64,000 bases of DNA from an uncultured Bacteroidaceae bacterium (GCA_964539395.1 CAZIIU010000003.1:24353-88352), one strand, 5' to 3'. Shown: positions 31,657-41,671, counted from the stretch's first letter. The notes: generated by a model from the letters alone, not told the origin. Made by a program: numbers and translations.

Positions 31657-32665
31657 GTCTGGATATATATCCCGCGTCGTTGCTCTGGCAATCCTTCTGC
31701 TTGTGCTGGTAATGCTCAATATTTCAGTAGGTACCGTCAGGATTCCCTTCGGTGATGTTATCTCGTTTCTCAGCGGGAAAGGAGAGCTCTCAACTCAACA
31801 CCGGCTCATTCTGTCAGATTTCAGGGTCCCCCGCCTGATCACAGCCCTGCTGGCTGGTGCCGCTCTGGCAGTAAGTGGACTTCAGATGCAGACGATCTTT
31901 CGCAATCCGTTGGCTGGTCCGTATGTGCTCGGCATAAGTTCCGGTGCCAGCCTGGGGGCTGCCCTTGTGCTTCTGGGTACCGGAGCTTTGACAACCGGGC
32001 TTTTGGCAAGGTGGGGGCTTGTAGCAGCGGCATGGCTGGGTGCCGCATCGGTAATGTTTATCCTCCTTCTGGTAACTATTCGTATCCGCAGCATCATGAC
32101 TATTCTGATCCTGGGGATCATGTTTAGCAGTGGACTCTCCGCGATTATCAGTATCATGCAGTATTTCGGCAATGCTGCTGCATTGAAATCATTTGTAATC
32201 TGGAGTCTCGGCAGCCTGGGCGATGTTTCAGGGAGCTCGCTGTCGGTGCTCGTTGTAACGATTATCCCGGCACTGATATTTTCCCTTTTCTCTGTTAAGG
32301 GACTTAATGCCCTGATGATGGGAGAAGAGGCTGCCGGGACTCTGGGAGTAAATATTTTGGCTACACGAATCATGGTATTTATCAGTACAAGTGTTTTGGC
32401 AGGAAGTATTACAGCCTTTTGCGGACCAATCGGTTTTGTAGGAATCGCAGTACCGCATATCACCCGGTTTTACACCGGCAGGTCAGATATGCGCTACCTT
32501 TTGCCGGCGACAATGATGATGGGTATGGTTATACTGGTATTGAGTGACATCATCTCTCAGTTGCCTGGGTCTGATAGTATTCTTCCTGTCAATGCAATAA
32601 CTTCGCTGATTGGAATCCCGGTGGTAATATGGGTGGTGATTAGCCGGAAGAAAGGGTTCAGCTAA
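31619..32665 (+). CDS. FecCD-family ABC transporter permease (BtuC-like)
   Basis: It is 348 aa with about 9-10 TM helices. The Gly/Ala/Leu-rich pattern is typical of iron-siderophore/cobalamin permeases. Confidence 0.9.
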   Translation: MMNYRPKKILTGKSGYISRVVALAILLLVLVMLNISVGTVRIPFGDVISFLSGKGELSTQHRLILSDFRVPRLITALLAGAALAVSGLQMQTIFRNPLAGPYVLGISSGASLGAALVLLGTGALTTGLLARWGLVAAAWLGAASVMFILLLVTIRIRSIMTILILGIMFSSGLSAIISIMQYFGNAAALKSFVIWSLGSLGDVSGSSLSVLVVTIIPALIFSLFSVKGLNALMMGEEAAGTLGVNILATRIMVFISTSVLAGSITAFCGPIGFVGIAVPHITRFYTGRSDMRYLLPATMMMGMVILVLSDIISQLPGSDSILPVNAITSLIGIPVVIWVVISRKKGFS

Positions 32666-32722
32666 TTGAAAGTAAGTAATAAGACAAACATGAGACAATC
32701 AGTTACTCAGTAAACCGGTGGT

Positions 32723-33811
32723 ATGCAGCAGGAGGATTTGGAATATAGTATGCGACTGAAGGATGTATGGTTAGGCTATAAACCTGGCGAGCATCTGGTT
32801 CGTTCTGTGAATGCCTCAATTAGTCCGGGCGAGATGATCGCTCTGGTGGGACGAAATGGTACAGGGAAGAGCACTTTGCTGAGAACTATCGCCGGTATAC
32901 AGCCGGCGGTGCAGGGTGATGTGCTTCTCAATGGTCGTTCCATTGGAAGAATACCTCCGCGCGAGCGATCCCTGTTGCTTTCCTTTGTCAGCACCGGCAG
33001 CACTTTCACGGAAAACCTGACCGTTTTTGAGATGGTATCGCTCGGACGTCACCCTTACACGAACTGGTGGGGAGCGCTTCGTGAATCCGACAGGAGAAAG
33101 ATCACTGAATCGATCCGGTTTGTTGGTATGGAAAAGTTCCTGGAGGCAAGTGTCAACCGTCTGAGCGACGGGGAACGTCAACGGGTTATGATCGCCATGG
33201 CACTTGCACAGGACACACAATTGATGGTCCTCGATGAGCCAACTGCCTTTCTTGATATCCCAAACCGGATCGGCATTGTAGAGGTGCTTTACCGGCTGAA
33301 GGAGGAGGGACATTCGGTAATTTTTTCCACACACGATTTCGACAATGTGTTCAGCTATGCGGACAAGATTTGGGCAATTTCTGACAGACAATTGCTTGAA
33401 GGTTCTCCTGAGGACCTGGGTTTGAATGGTGCCTTTGAAAAACTGTTCAACGAGTCGAAAGTTGCTTTTGATTATGAGAACCTGAGATTTGTACGCCGGA
33501 GGGTGCCGGAAAAGCAGATTGTGTTAGATGCACGGGATGAAACTGTTAATCATTGGACTGCCAGGTCTTTAGAGCGTATAGGATATCAAGTACTACCAGT
33601 GAATAAGGTAAAAGACATGAACTATGACAGCTTGCCCGGGAAGATGGAGCAGCCCGGAATCAGTCTGGAAGATTCCGGTTCGAAAGAGAATATGGCAGTG
33701 CGCGCAGGGAAGAATGAACAGGGATACTGCTGGTCACTCGTAGAGGAGCAGAATGAAATTGAGTTCAAATCGCTGTATGAATTGACCGGATATTTGCGCC
33801 GAATGAAATAA
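32723..33811 (+). CDS. ABC transporter ATP-binding protein with ~110-aa C-terminal extension
   Basis: It has the Walker A motif GRNGTGKST, the signature LSDGERQR and the Walker B motif LMVLDEPT. The extra C-terminal domain has unknown function. Confidence 0.9.
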   Translation: MQQEDLEYSMRLKDVWLGYKPGEHLVRSVNASISPGEMIALVGRNGTGKSTLLRTIAGIQPAVQGDVLLNGRSIGRIPPRERSLLLSFVSTGSTFTENLTVFEMVSLGRHPYTNWWGALRESDRRKITESIRFVGMEKFLEASVNRLSDGERQRVMIAMALAQDTQLMVLDEPTAFLDIPNRIGIVEVLYRLKEEGHSVIFSTHDFDNVFSYADKIWAISDRQLLEGSPEDLGLNGAFEKLFNESKVAFDYENLRFVRRRVPEKQIVLDARDETVNHWTARSLERIGYQVLPVNKVKDMNYDSLPGKMEQPGISLEDSGSKENMAVRAGKNEQGYCWSLVEEQNEIEFKSLYELTGYLRRMK

Positions 33812-33851
33812 TTGTGTAATTTTCGTTCCCGAACAATTAAGCAGAGAAATC

Positions 33852-34079
33852 ATGGCAGATACATCTTCATCCAAAGTCAGGAAATCCATTGCATATATTC
33901 TTTCCGGACTGATCCTGGTCTTTTCGTTCCTTTCCATACTTGCTATTTGGGACATTATCGATTACGACGACCTTGTGAAAAGGATGTTCCAGTCGCTCAT
34001 GGTGATCCTGGCTGCATCCGCAGTGATCGTATTGATTTTCGCGATACTCGACCGGCCCGATCGGGAAGACAGTGAATGA
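33852..34079 (+). CDS. Small two-TM membrane protein, hypothetical
   Basis: The ORF is 75 aa with two hydrophobic helices and an acidic tail. Confidence 0.45.
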   Translation: MADTSSSKVRKSIAYILSGLILVFSFLSILAIWDIIDYDDLVKRMFQSLMVILAASAVIVLIFAILDRPDREDSE

Positions 34080-34093
34080 GCTACAAACCGGTT

Positions 34094-35224
34094 TTATACA
34101 TCCTTCAGTAGTGACAGGATCTTCTTCGCATTAGAGGTAATGTTATATTGCTTCATCATTTCAGTTCTTTTATGAACCTCTTCCGCAGTAAATGGGGTTT
34201 TCATCAATTCTTCGATCATTGCAACGGCCTCGCCGGGGGTACGATATACATTACAGAGAGCGTCGAGCCCGCTGCCGCTCAGCATAAGCGGGTTTGCCAT
34301 GCAGTGCCTTCCCGCGTAAAGACTGTGAAGTAACTTAAGCTTTAAACCGGTGGGCTGGTAAGTATACAACAAGTTGATATGTGCCTCTCCAACCAACCTG
34401 TCCATTTCTGTTCCCTCCGGGTTTGGGATCAGTTCAATATGCGGATACCTGTCGCAGAACCGGCGAACATAGCCACCCGGGTTTTTACCGGCGATCACCA
34501 CATGGTAGGTAACCCTGGAGAGCACTTGTCTGACGAGGTAATGCAGGGCCCGCTCATTTTCAGGAACGGAGAGGTTACCGTGCAGCAGGATGTATTCGCC
34601 TTTTCCTGGCGAGGAGGTAACATCCTTGTGCATCTGGAATGCAGGGAGATGAATGCTGTTCCTGTATTTACCATTGAAATAGGCCGTGTCGGTGGCAGAG
34701 ATGGAGAGCACCTTATCGGTATTTTTCAGAATTTTCTCATAGTGTACCAGCTTGCGCGCCTCACTGGCCAGGAACAACTTTCTAAACAATTTCCGTTCGC
34801 TACCGGCAAGCATCCGATAATATTTATGCTCAATATTGTGGGCTCTGACGAGTACCTTTTTTCCAGCGTTTCTGCATTGATTGAGCAGCAGGGTTGTGTG
34901 CAGACCCTCGAAGAGCACTGGATGCGGATCGCTTAACAGTTTTTCTTTAAGTTCATCCGATTGCCGTGTGATGACAATATAGGGCAGCCTGTTAAAAAAA
35001 TATCCAAGTCCGCTTTTTCGCCTGTAGTAATGGACCTTATAACATATCTTCTCAAGTTCGATTGCCGGTCCCCTTTCATAAAGAAATGCATGCAGTATAA
35101 TCCTCACGCTTTCTTTGCTGATTGCTTTCAGCTTATAGTATACATCAATGATGCCGCCATAATCGGGAGGGTAGGGTACACTGAAGGCAACGACATGCAG
35201 GTATTTCGGGTCAGGATCTTCCAT
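34094..35224 (-). CDS. Glycosyltransferase (GT-B fold, GT4-like)
   Basis: The N-terminus contains PYPPDYGGIIDVYYK, and there is a C-terminal GT-B-like half. The call is by family only. Confidence 0.65.
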   Translation of the reverse strand: MEDPDPKYLHVVAFSVPYPPDYGGIIDVYYKLKAISKESVRIILHAFLYERGPAIELEKICYKVHYYRRKSGLGYFFNRLPYIVITRQSDELKEKLLSDPHPVLFEGLHTTLLLNQCRNAGKKVLVRAHNIEHKYYRMLAGSERKLFRKLFLASEARKLVHYEKILKNTDKVLSISATDTAYFNGKYRNSIHLPAFQMHKDVTSSPGKGEYILLHGNLSVPENERALHYLVRQVLSRVTYHVVIAGKNPGGYVRRFCDRYPHIELIPNPEGTEMDRLVGEAHINLLYTYQPTGLKLKLLHSLYAGRHCMANPLMLSGSGLDALCNVYRTPGEAVAMIEELMKTPFTAEEVHKRTEMMKQYNITSNAKKILSLLKDV

Positions 35225-35256
35225 AGAGTATTCTGACAGATTATTTTTTGGTTATA

Positions 35257-35264
35257 CAAAGTTA
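35257..35264 (-). promoter_or_regulatory. Candidate -7 promoter box for the glycosyltransferase gene
   Basis: The minus strand reads TAACTTTG, which matches TAnnTTTG. It lies 33 nt upstream of the ATG at 35224. Confidence 0.35.
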
Positions 35265-35612
35265 CAAAAAGTTCAGCTGCATTACATACTATTTTAGTTC
35301 CGCAGTACCTCAAAATAATTGATAAACGGGACAGCTCTCGAAACTCCCGAGCTGTAGTCCTACTAACCATTCTCCGGATAATTAGTATTGAAATTGACGA
35401 TGCTCCGGCCAGATCAGGAGGTGTTGATGGTGTGACTTTCGGAGTATCAGTCAGTTCGTTTAACATTATTTAAGAAAAAATCCAACAAATATTTGTAACA
35501 AAAGGGACAGGTTACCCGTTTAACAATTAAACGTTCTTTTAAGGTATAAGAATCAAGCTTATACCAAATTACTTTTCATAGATTTAGTTTAGGGTTAGTT
35601 TAGTTAAAAGGA

Positions 35613-35642
35613 CCGCTCCGGATCAACGGAGCGGTTTTTTTT
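35613..35642 (+). terminator. Strong orphan intrinsic terminator with no upstream plus-strand ORF
   Basis: CCGCTCCG / CGGAGCGG forms an 8-bp GC-rich stem with a 6-nt loop, followed by 8 T. Confidence 0.75.
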
Positions 35643-35672
35643 AATCAACACATCTGCCGGCCTCTTTTTAAT

Positions 35673-35680
35673 TATCTTTG
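35673..35680 (+). promoter_or_regulatory. Candidate -7 promoter box for argS
   Basis: TATCTTTG matches TAnnTTTG. It lies 19 nt upstream of the ATG at 35699 and downstream of the orphan terminator. Confidence 0.4.
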
Positions 35681-35698
35681 CAATCCAAATATCAGATT

Positions 35699-37480
35699 AT
35701 GCAAAGAGTAGAGAATCTTCTTACACAAACTGTCAAACGTGCGGTGAAGGAACTCTGGAAGACAGAGATTGACGAATCGGCTGTCCAGATCCAGAAAACC
35801 CGGGGGGAATTCGAGGGAGACCTTACCCTGGTAGTTTTTCCTTTGGTACGTATCGCAAAAAAATCGCCCGAAGAGACGGCTGGAATACTGGGGAAATACA
35901 TCGAGGAAAGTCTGGAGGAGATTAGTGGTTTTAATGTGATCAAGGGGTTTCTCAATCTTAACATTGCTGTTTCATACTGGCTGAAACAGATCTCTGCTAT
36001 CACCGGAAATGATTCATATGGATTCACAACTGCAGGGAAGGAGTCACCACTGTTCATGGTTGAATACTCCAGTCCAAATACCAATAAGCCCCTTCACCTG
36101 GGACATATCCGCAACAACCTGCTGGGTTTTTCAATCTCGAAGATCCTGGAGGCCTGCGGCAACAGGGTAATCAAAGTAAGCCTCGTAAACGACAGGGGGA
36201 TACATATCTGTAAATCAATGATCGCATGGCAGCTGTTCGGAAACGGCGAAACACCGCAATCGTCCGGCAAAAAGGGTGATAAGCTGGTGGGCGACTATTA
36301 TGTGCGGTTCGATCAGGAATACAAGAGGCAGGTAACAGAGATGATCGCACAAGGCATGGATAAGAAGAAAGCAGAGGCATCTGCCCCGATCATGGCAGCT
36401 GCCCGTGAAATGCTCCTGAAATGGGAAGCAGACGATCCCGCGATAAGAAGCCTCTGGGAGACAATGAACGGATGGGTGTACGATGGTTTCGAAACCACAT
36501 ATAAAAGGATGGGAGTCTCTTTCGATAAAATCTATTATGAATCGGAAACATATAAGCTCGGGCGGCAATTGGTGCTGCAGGGTGTGGAAGATGGAGTGCT
36601 GGAGCGGGAAGCTGACGGATCGATATGGGCCGATCTCACCGATAAAAAACTGGACCGCAAGCTGCTTCTGCGATCGGATGGCACGTCGGTATATATGACG
36701 CAGGATGTTGGTACCGCACAACAACGCTTTTCGGAATACCCGATCAGGCAACATATTTATGTAGTAGGGAACGAACAGAACTATCATTTCCAGGTACTGG
36801 CGGAGGTCATTGAGAAGTTAGGGTTTGACTGGCACGATAAGCTGTACCATCTGTCGTACGGTATGGTGGAACTGCCCGAAGGCAAGATGAAATCGCGTGA
36901 GGGGACTGTGGTTGATGCTGATGAGCTGATGGATGAGATGGTCGCTACCGCTAAACAGATGTCCGATGAACTGGGGAAACTGGAAGGATATTCGGAGGAG
37001 GAGAAGAAAAACATCTATCGCCGGATCGGACTGGGAGCGCTGAAATACTTTATCCTGAAAGTGGACCCGAAGAAAAATATGCTGTTCGATCCCAAAGAAT
37101 CGATCGATTTCAACGGAAACACCGGTCCGTTTATACAATATACTTACGCAAGAATACGGAGCATACTCCGTACAGCAGGAGATTACAGCAGTGAGGTTCC
37201 GCAAGCAGCACTGAACGATAAAGAGATCGATGTGATCAGGCTGATTCATGAGTTTCCGTTAATTGTTCAGGAGGCAGCCAATGAACACAACCCGGCAGTT
37301 GTAGCTAACTACATGTACGACCTGGCGAAAGAGTTTAACCAGTTTTACCACGATTACAGCATCCTTAATGCCGATGAAAATCAGGTAAGGTTATTAAGAA
37401 TCCACCTTTCTGCCATCGTCGGACGAACCATTGAAAATGGCATGGGATTGCTGGGTATTGAGGTGCCGGAGAGAATGTAA
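35699..37480 (+). CDS. argS: Arginyl-tRNA synthetase
   Basis: It has the class I HIGH-type motif SPNTNKPLHLGHIRN, an MSxR-like motif, and a C-terminal DALR anticodon-binding domain. The ORF track starts at a TTG at 35678, but the ATG at 35699 is preferred. Confidence 0.95.
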   Translation: MQRVENLLTQTVKRAVKELWKTEIDESAVQIQKTRGEFEGDLTLVVFPLVRIAKKSPEETAGILGKYIEESLEEISGFNVIKGFLNLNIAVSYWLKQISAITGNDSYGFTTAGKESPLFMVEYSSPNTNKPLHLGHIRNNLLGFSISKILEACGNRVIKVSLVNDRGIHICKSMIAWQLFGNGETPQSSGKKGDKLVGDYYVRFDQEYKRQVTEMIAQGMDKKKAEASAPIMAAAREMLLKWEADDPAIRSLWETMNGWVYDGFETTYKRMGVSFDKIYYESETYKLGRQLVLQGVEDGVLEREADGSIWADLTDKKLDRKLLLRSDGTSVYMTQDVGTAQQRFSEYPIRQHIYVVGNEQNYHFQVLAEVIEKLGFDWHDKLYHLSYGMVELPEGKMKSREGTVVDADELMDEMVATAKQMSDELGKLEGYSEEEKKNIYRRIGLGALKYFILKVDPKKNMLFDPKESIDFNGNTGPFIQYTYARIRSILRTAGDYSSEVPQAALNDKEIDVIRLIHEFPLIVQEAANEHNPAVVANYMYDLAKEFNQFYHDYSILNADENQVRLLRIHLSAIVGRTIENGMGLLGIEVPERM

Positions 37481-37484
37481 TTTT

Positions 37485-38351
37485 TTAGCTGTGTTTGGCA
37501 GCCGTCAGTGTATTCAGAAGCAGTGCTACCCGCGTCATCGGTCCCACGCCGCCCGGAACAGGCGTAATAAATGAGCACCTGGGGGCCACCTTCTCAAAGT
37601 CCACATCGCCTTTTAGCCTGAAACCGCTTTTTGTCCCGGCAGACTCCACACGTGTTGTTCCGACATCGATCACCACGGCTCCCTCCTTCACCATATCCTC
37701 ACTGATAAACCCAGGTGACCCCAGGGCAGCGATAAGGATGTCCGCGTTCCGGCAAACAGACTTAAGATCTTTCGTTCGGCTGTGTGCTACAGTCACAGTG
37801 GCATTGATCGCTTTTTGCGACATCAGCACGCTCAGTGGCCGGCCGACGATATTACTGCGTCCGACGATCACACAGTTCCTGCCTGAAGTTTCAATATTGT
37901 AGCGTTTGATAAGCTCAACGATCCCAAATGGCGTGGCGCTGACAAATGCTGGAAGTCCGATCACGGATTTACCTACGTTCACCGGGTGAAAACCGTCCAC
38001 ATCCTTCTCCGGGTCGATGGCCTCGATCACTTTTTGTTCAGAAATATGATCAGGCAATGGAAGCTGCACAATAAAACCGTCCACCTCCTTATCCATATTC
38101 AGCTCTGAAATACGCTGTAATAGCTCCTCTTCTGTAACATCATCCTCGTATCGTACCAGGCTGGACCTGAATCCAACCTCTTCACAATCCTTGATTTTAT
38201 AGGATACATAAGTCTCGCTGCCACCATCGTGCCCAACGAGCACTGCTGCCAGGTGGGGAGGTTTTACACCACGTTTAACCATTGCCTCTACCTCTTTGGC
38301 AATTTCTTCCCTGATCGTTTTTGCTGTGGCCTTACCGTCAATTATTTGCAT
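37485..38351 (-). CDS. folD: Bifunctional methylenetetrahydrofolate dehydrogenase/cyclohydrolase
   Basis: The motifs [28 protein letters not shown] and [10 protein letters not shown] are present. Confidence 0.95.
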   Translation of the reverse strand: MQIIDGKATAKTIREEIAKEVEAMVKRGVKPPHLAAVLVGHDGGSETYVSYKIKDCEEVGFRSSLVRYEDDVTEEELLQRISELNMDKEVDGFIVQLPLPDHISEQKVIEAIDPEKDVDGFHPVNVGKSVIGLPAFVSATPFGIVELIKRYNIETSGRNCVIVGRSNIVGRPLSVLMSQKAINATVTVAHSRTKDLKSVCRNADILIAALGSPGFISEDMVKEGAVVIDVGTTRVESAGTKSGFRLKGDVDFEKVAPRCSFITPVPGGVGPMTRVALLLNTLTAAKHS

Positions 38352-38371
38352 ATTGAATTCTAATGGGGTTA

Positions 38372-39706
38372 CTATTTACGCGGCATAGACGAGAGGGCGC
38401 GGCCCATCGCCTTACCTTTGCCTGCACTCATAAGCCGCATCATTTTTCTTGTCTCGCCGAACTGCTTCACCAGCCGGTTAATCTCTGCAACACTGGTACC
38501 GCTCCCGTTGGCTATTCGTGCCCGCCGGGTCCCGTTCAGCAGCTTCGGGTCACTGCGCTCCTCGGGTGTCATGGAGTTAATAATTGCTTCAATACTCTTG
38601 AAGGCATCATCATCGAGGTCGAGATCCTTGATCGCCTTGCCCATGCCCGGGACCATCGACATCAGGTCCTTGACGTTTCCCATCTTTTTAATCTGCTGGA
38701 TCTGTGACATAAAATCGTTGAAGTCGAAGGTGTTCTTTGCGATCTTCTTCTGCAGTTTTCGCGCCTCATCCACATCATACTGCTCCTGAGCCTTCTCCAC
38801 CAACGAAACGATATCACCCATACCCAGGATCCTGTCGGCCATCCGCTTGGGATAAAACACATCGAGCGCATCCATCTTCTCCCCGGTACCAACGAATTTG
38901 ATCGGCTTGTTCACCACCGATCTGATCGAAAGCGCTGCACCCCCGCGGGTATCTCCATCAAGCTTGGTAAGCACTACCCCGTGAAAATCGAGCCGGTCGT
39001 TGAACTCTTTGGCTGTATTAACCGCATCCTGACCGGTCATAGAGTCGACCACAAAGAGTATTTCATGCGGATTCACGGCATCCTTGATCGCTTTGATCTC
39101 CTTCATCATCTCCTCATCAACCGCGAGCCGGCCTGCAGTATCGATGATTACCGTGTTGTTCCCGGCATCCCTTGCCGACTTGATTGCCGCTTTCGCTATC
39201 TTTACCGGATTTTTGTTGTCCTCTTCTGTAAATACTTTTATACCGGCTTGTCCTCCGAGGATTTTCAGTTGTTCGATCGCAGCTGGACGGTAAACGTCGC
39301 CTGCCACCAGCATCGGGTTCCTGCCCCTCTTCGACTTCAGGTAGCTGGCAAGCTTTGCGGAAAAAGTAGTTTTTCCCGAACCCTGCAATCCTGCGATAAG
39401 AATTACATTCGGGTTACCCCTTGTCTCGATCTCAACACTCTCCGAACCCATCAGTTCTGCCAGACGGTCGTGAACGATTTTCACCATCATCTGGCTCGGC
39501 TTTACCGAGCTAAGTATCTTTTGTCCCAGCGCCTCCTCTTTCACCTGGTCGGTGAACTGCTTTGCGATCTTAAAGTTCACATCAGCATCCAGCAGTGCCC
39601 TGCGCACATCCTTGAGTGTCTCTGCAACATTTACCTCGGTAATTCTTCCCTGTCCCTTTAACAGCTTAAACGACTGCTCTAAACGATCCGTTAAACTTTC
39701 AAACAT
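38372..39706 (-). CDS. ffh: Signal recognition particle protein Ffh
   Basis: It has the N domain, the G domain motifs [14 protein letters not shown] and TKLDGD, and a Met-rich M domain. Confidence 0.97.
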   Translation of the reverse strand: MFESLTDRLEQSFKLLKGQGRITEVNVAETLKDVRRALLDADVNFKIAKQFTDQVKEEALGQKILSSVKPSQMMVKIVHDRLAELMGSESVEIETRGNPNVILIAGLQGSGKTTFSAKLASYLKSKRGRNPMLVAGDVYRPAAIEQLKILGGQAGIKVFTEEDNKNPVKIAKAAIKSARDAGNNTVIIDTAGRLAVDEEMMKEIKAIKDAVNPHEILFVVDSMTGQDAVNTAKEFNDRLDFHGVVLTKLDGDTRGGAALSIRSVVNKPIKFVGTGEKMDALDVFYPKRMADRILGMGDIVSLVEKAQEQYDVDEARKLQKKIAKNTFDFNDFMSQIQQIKKMGNVKDLMSMVPGMGKAIKDLDLDDDAFKSIEAIINSMTPEERSDPKLLNGTRRARIANGSGTSVAEINRLVKQFGETRKMMRLMSAGKGKAMGRALSSMPRK

Positions 39707-39934
39707 AGCTTAATATTTTTCAGTCACAAAAGTATAAAAAATATGGAATTTATCGGCTGAACGCGGGATGGAAATGGAAGTGGGATTAATTCTATACCCG
39801 CTGTTATCTGTTGGGGATCATATGCAACCAAAAAAGAGCATGGATTTATACGATAACTACAAACATGGGAGCATTAAGGGTTTAAAGCAATAAGATAAAT
39901 CTGCCTTTCGTGGATGGGTAAGCAGTGCAACGTG

Positions 39935-40033
39935 CACCGGACTACAGGAGCAACCGGCCCGGGACTATAGGCGCGACAGGTCCCGGACTACCGGAACAAA
40001 TCCCACCGGACTACAGGTGCAACCGGCCCGGAA
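39935..40033. repeat. Direct repeat of a 30-mer (28/30 identical) spaced 69 nt apart, with internal CCGGACTA sub-repeats
   Basis: CACCGGACTACAGGAGCAACCGGCCCGGGA lies at 39935-39964 and CACCGGACTACAGGTGCAACCGGCCCGGAA at 40004-40033. The related sequences CCCGGGACTATAGG and CCCGGACTACCGG lie between them. Confidence 0.85.
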
Positions 40034-40256
40034 CTTAAAATTTCCTGTCGCGATCATCGCAAAGGGGATGTGAGTCGCTTTTCAGGAACATGTAGATCAA
40101 CGGCACCGAAACATACGTATGGCAGCGAAATGATAATACCTGTCGCGCTGCCTTCAGCACGATAGCATTGCAGGTATGTTTTTATCTCCGGGGTAAGAAT
40201 TTGCAAAGATTTTAAAACCTTTCTTTTATCTTTGCAGTTCCAAATGCTGTTGTTTA

Positions 40257-41666
40257 ATGAGTGAGAAAAACGAGCCGATTTTCGAGAACGAGGAATTTCT
40301 TGAACTGCTTCAGAAATATGAATCAATGAAAAACAGCAGGCACTCTGCCTTTTTCGATGTGGAGGAGTATGAACAGATCATTGACTATTACCTTGATGAA
40401 TTTCAATATGATGATGCTGCAGAGGCTGCACGACTGGGCACATTGCAACATCCTGCCTCAGTGGAGATCAAATACAAGGTCGTACACATCTATCTTGAAC
40501 AGGGGATGGGTAAGCAAGCCCTCGAAATACTGGAGCAAATCCCCGGCTGGGAGCACTCAAATTCCGAATTTTATTACCTCCGGGGAACCGCCTATTGTCT
40601 GACAGGTCGCATTCAGGAAGCAGAGAAGAATTTTGATAAGGGACTTTCTGTCTCAACGGAGGATTCTTTTGAGGCATTGCTCAATATTGCTATCGCCTTT
40701 GAAAATGCCAGACAGTACAGACATGCCATTAAATATCTCGAGCAGGCCCGCACCATCAGTCCTGAATACCTTTCGGTAATATACGACCTCGGTTATTTTT
40801 ATGAGCGGCTCGACAATTATGAGAAAAGTATTGAATACTACCAGGAGTACCTCGATCTGGATCCCTTCTCGGAGAATGTCTGGTATAACCTGGGGGTGGC
40901 CTTTTTTAAACTCGATCAGACCTATAAGGCCATTGAAGCCTACGATTTCTCCCTGGCCCTGAATCCCGATTACGCATCCGCCTATTTCAATAAGGCCAAT
41001 ACATATGCCTCTCTGGCAAAATACGGAAAAGCCATCGACACCATCCTGGAATTCCTCGAGATAGAGCCGGAGAATATCCAGGGACTAAACTTCCTGGGAG
41101 ATAGCTATGATCAGGCAGGCAGGCATCAGGAGGCCCTTACTGCCTACAAAAAGGTAATTGAGATCGACAATACCGATAGTGAAGGATGGTTCGGCGCAGG
41201 AATGATGCTTTACCAGCTGGGCAAATATGATGAAGCAGCTATCTACTTACTGAAGGCTCTGGAGTTCGATAACCAGAATACCGATTACTGGATCAACCTG
41301 GCCTATGTATACGAAGAGTTAAAAAAGTGGGAAGAGGCAATAAAATGCCTTGGACAGGTTGTTAAGATCGACAAAACAGACCTTGAAGCATGGAACACCC
41401 TTGCTCGTATACACATCCAGCTCGACAAACCGGAAGAAGCTGCAAGGATCCTGAGAAAAGCTCTTTCAGTGTTTCCTGAAGATGAGTTGCTGAATGTAAG
41501 AATGGCCTCTTGTCAATACCGCCTCGGAAACACAGCAGAGGGTTACGTTTTTTTGGAAAAATCGCTGAGATTTAACAATAAACTGGCAATCGATTTTATG
41601 CAGATCACAGACGACTCCCTCCTCGATACGGCAGCAAGGCAGCTGATAAAGAAATATACCAAATAA
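40257..41666 (+). CDS. Tetratricopeptide-repeat protein
   Basis: The protein is 469 aa with about 10 recognisable TPR units (W/Y..LG..Y....Y..A...Y..AL..DP). Confidence 0.8.
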   Translation: MSEKNEPIFENEEFLELLQKYESMKNSRHSAFFDVEEYEQIIDYYLDEFQYDDAAEAARLGTLQHPASVEIKYKVVHIYLEQGMGKQALEILEQIPGWEHSNSEFYYLRGTAYCLTGRIQEAEKNFDKGLSVSTEDSFEALLNIAIAFENARQYRHAIKYLEQARTISPEYLSVIYDLGYFYERLDNYEKSIEYYQEYLDLDPFSENVWYNLGVAFFKLDQTYKAIEAYDFSLALNPDYASAYFNKANTYASLAKYGKAIDTILEFLEIEPENIQGLNFLGDSYDQAGRHQEALTAYKKVIEIDNTDSEGWFGAGMMLYQLGKYDEAAIYLLKALEFDNQNTDYWINLAYVYEELKKWEEAIKCLGQVVKIDKTDLEAWNTLARIHIQLDKPEEAARILRKALSVFPEDELLNVRMASCQYRLGNTAEGYVFLEKSLRFNNKLAIDFMQITDDSLLDTAARQLIKKYTK

Positions 41667-41671
41667 TCGAT

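Noticed and set aside
35128-35466. A 112-aa minus-strand ORF in the long spacer upstream of the glycosyltransferase gene
   Set aside because: It runs out of frame into the glycosyltransferase coding region. The sequence is low-information and has no supporting promoter box. The region is better treated as non-coding.
35240-35470. SRP RNA, tmRNA, RNase P RNA or tRNA in the larger intergenic regions (also 27826-28146, 39707-40256 and 61790-62521)
   Set aside because: I found none of the diagnostic sequences. These are GAGGAAAGTCC for RNase P, GGGGCTGA...TCCACCA for tmRNA, GTCAGGTCCGGAAGGAAGCAGC for the SRP domain IV core, and a cloverleaf with GTTCGAATC-type T arm for tRNA. The inspection was by eye only.
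35613-35698. T-box or leader-peptide attenuator controlling argS
   Set aside because: The best TAnnTTTG promoter box for argS lies downstream of the hairpin. There is no ATG-initiated leader ORF and no Arg-codon run upstream. I saw no specifier or T-box-like conserved sequence.
39768-39893. A 41-aa ORF (MEMEVGLILYPLLSVGDHMQPKKSMDLYDNYKHGSIKGLKQ) in the ffh / TPR-gene spacer
   Set aside because: There is no supporting promoter box, no signal, TM or leader motif, and no paralogue in the window. It is indistinguishable from a chance ORF.
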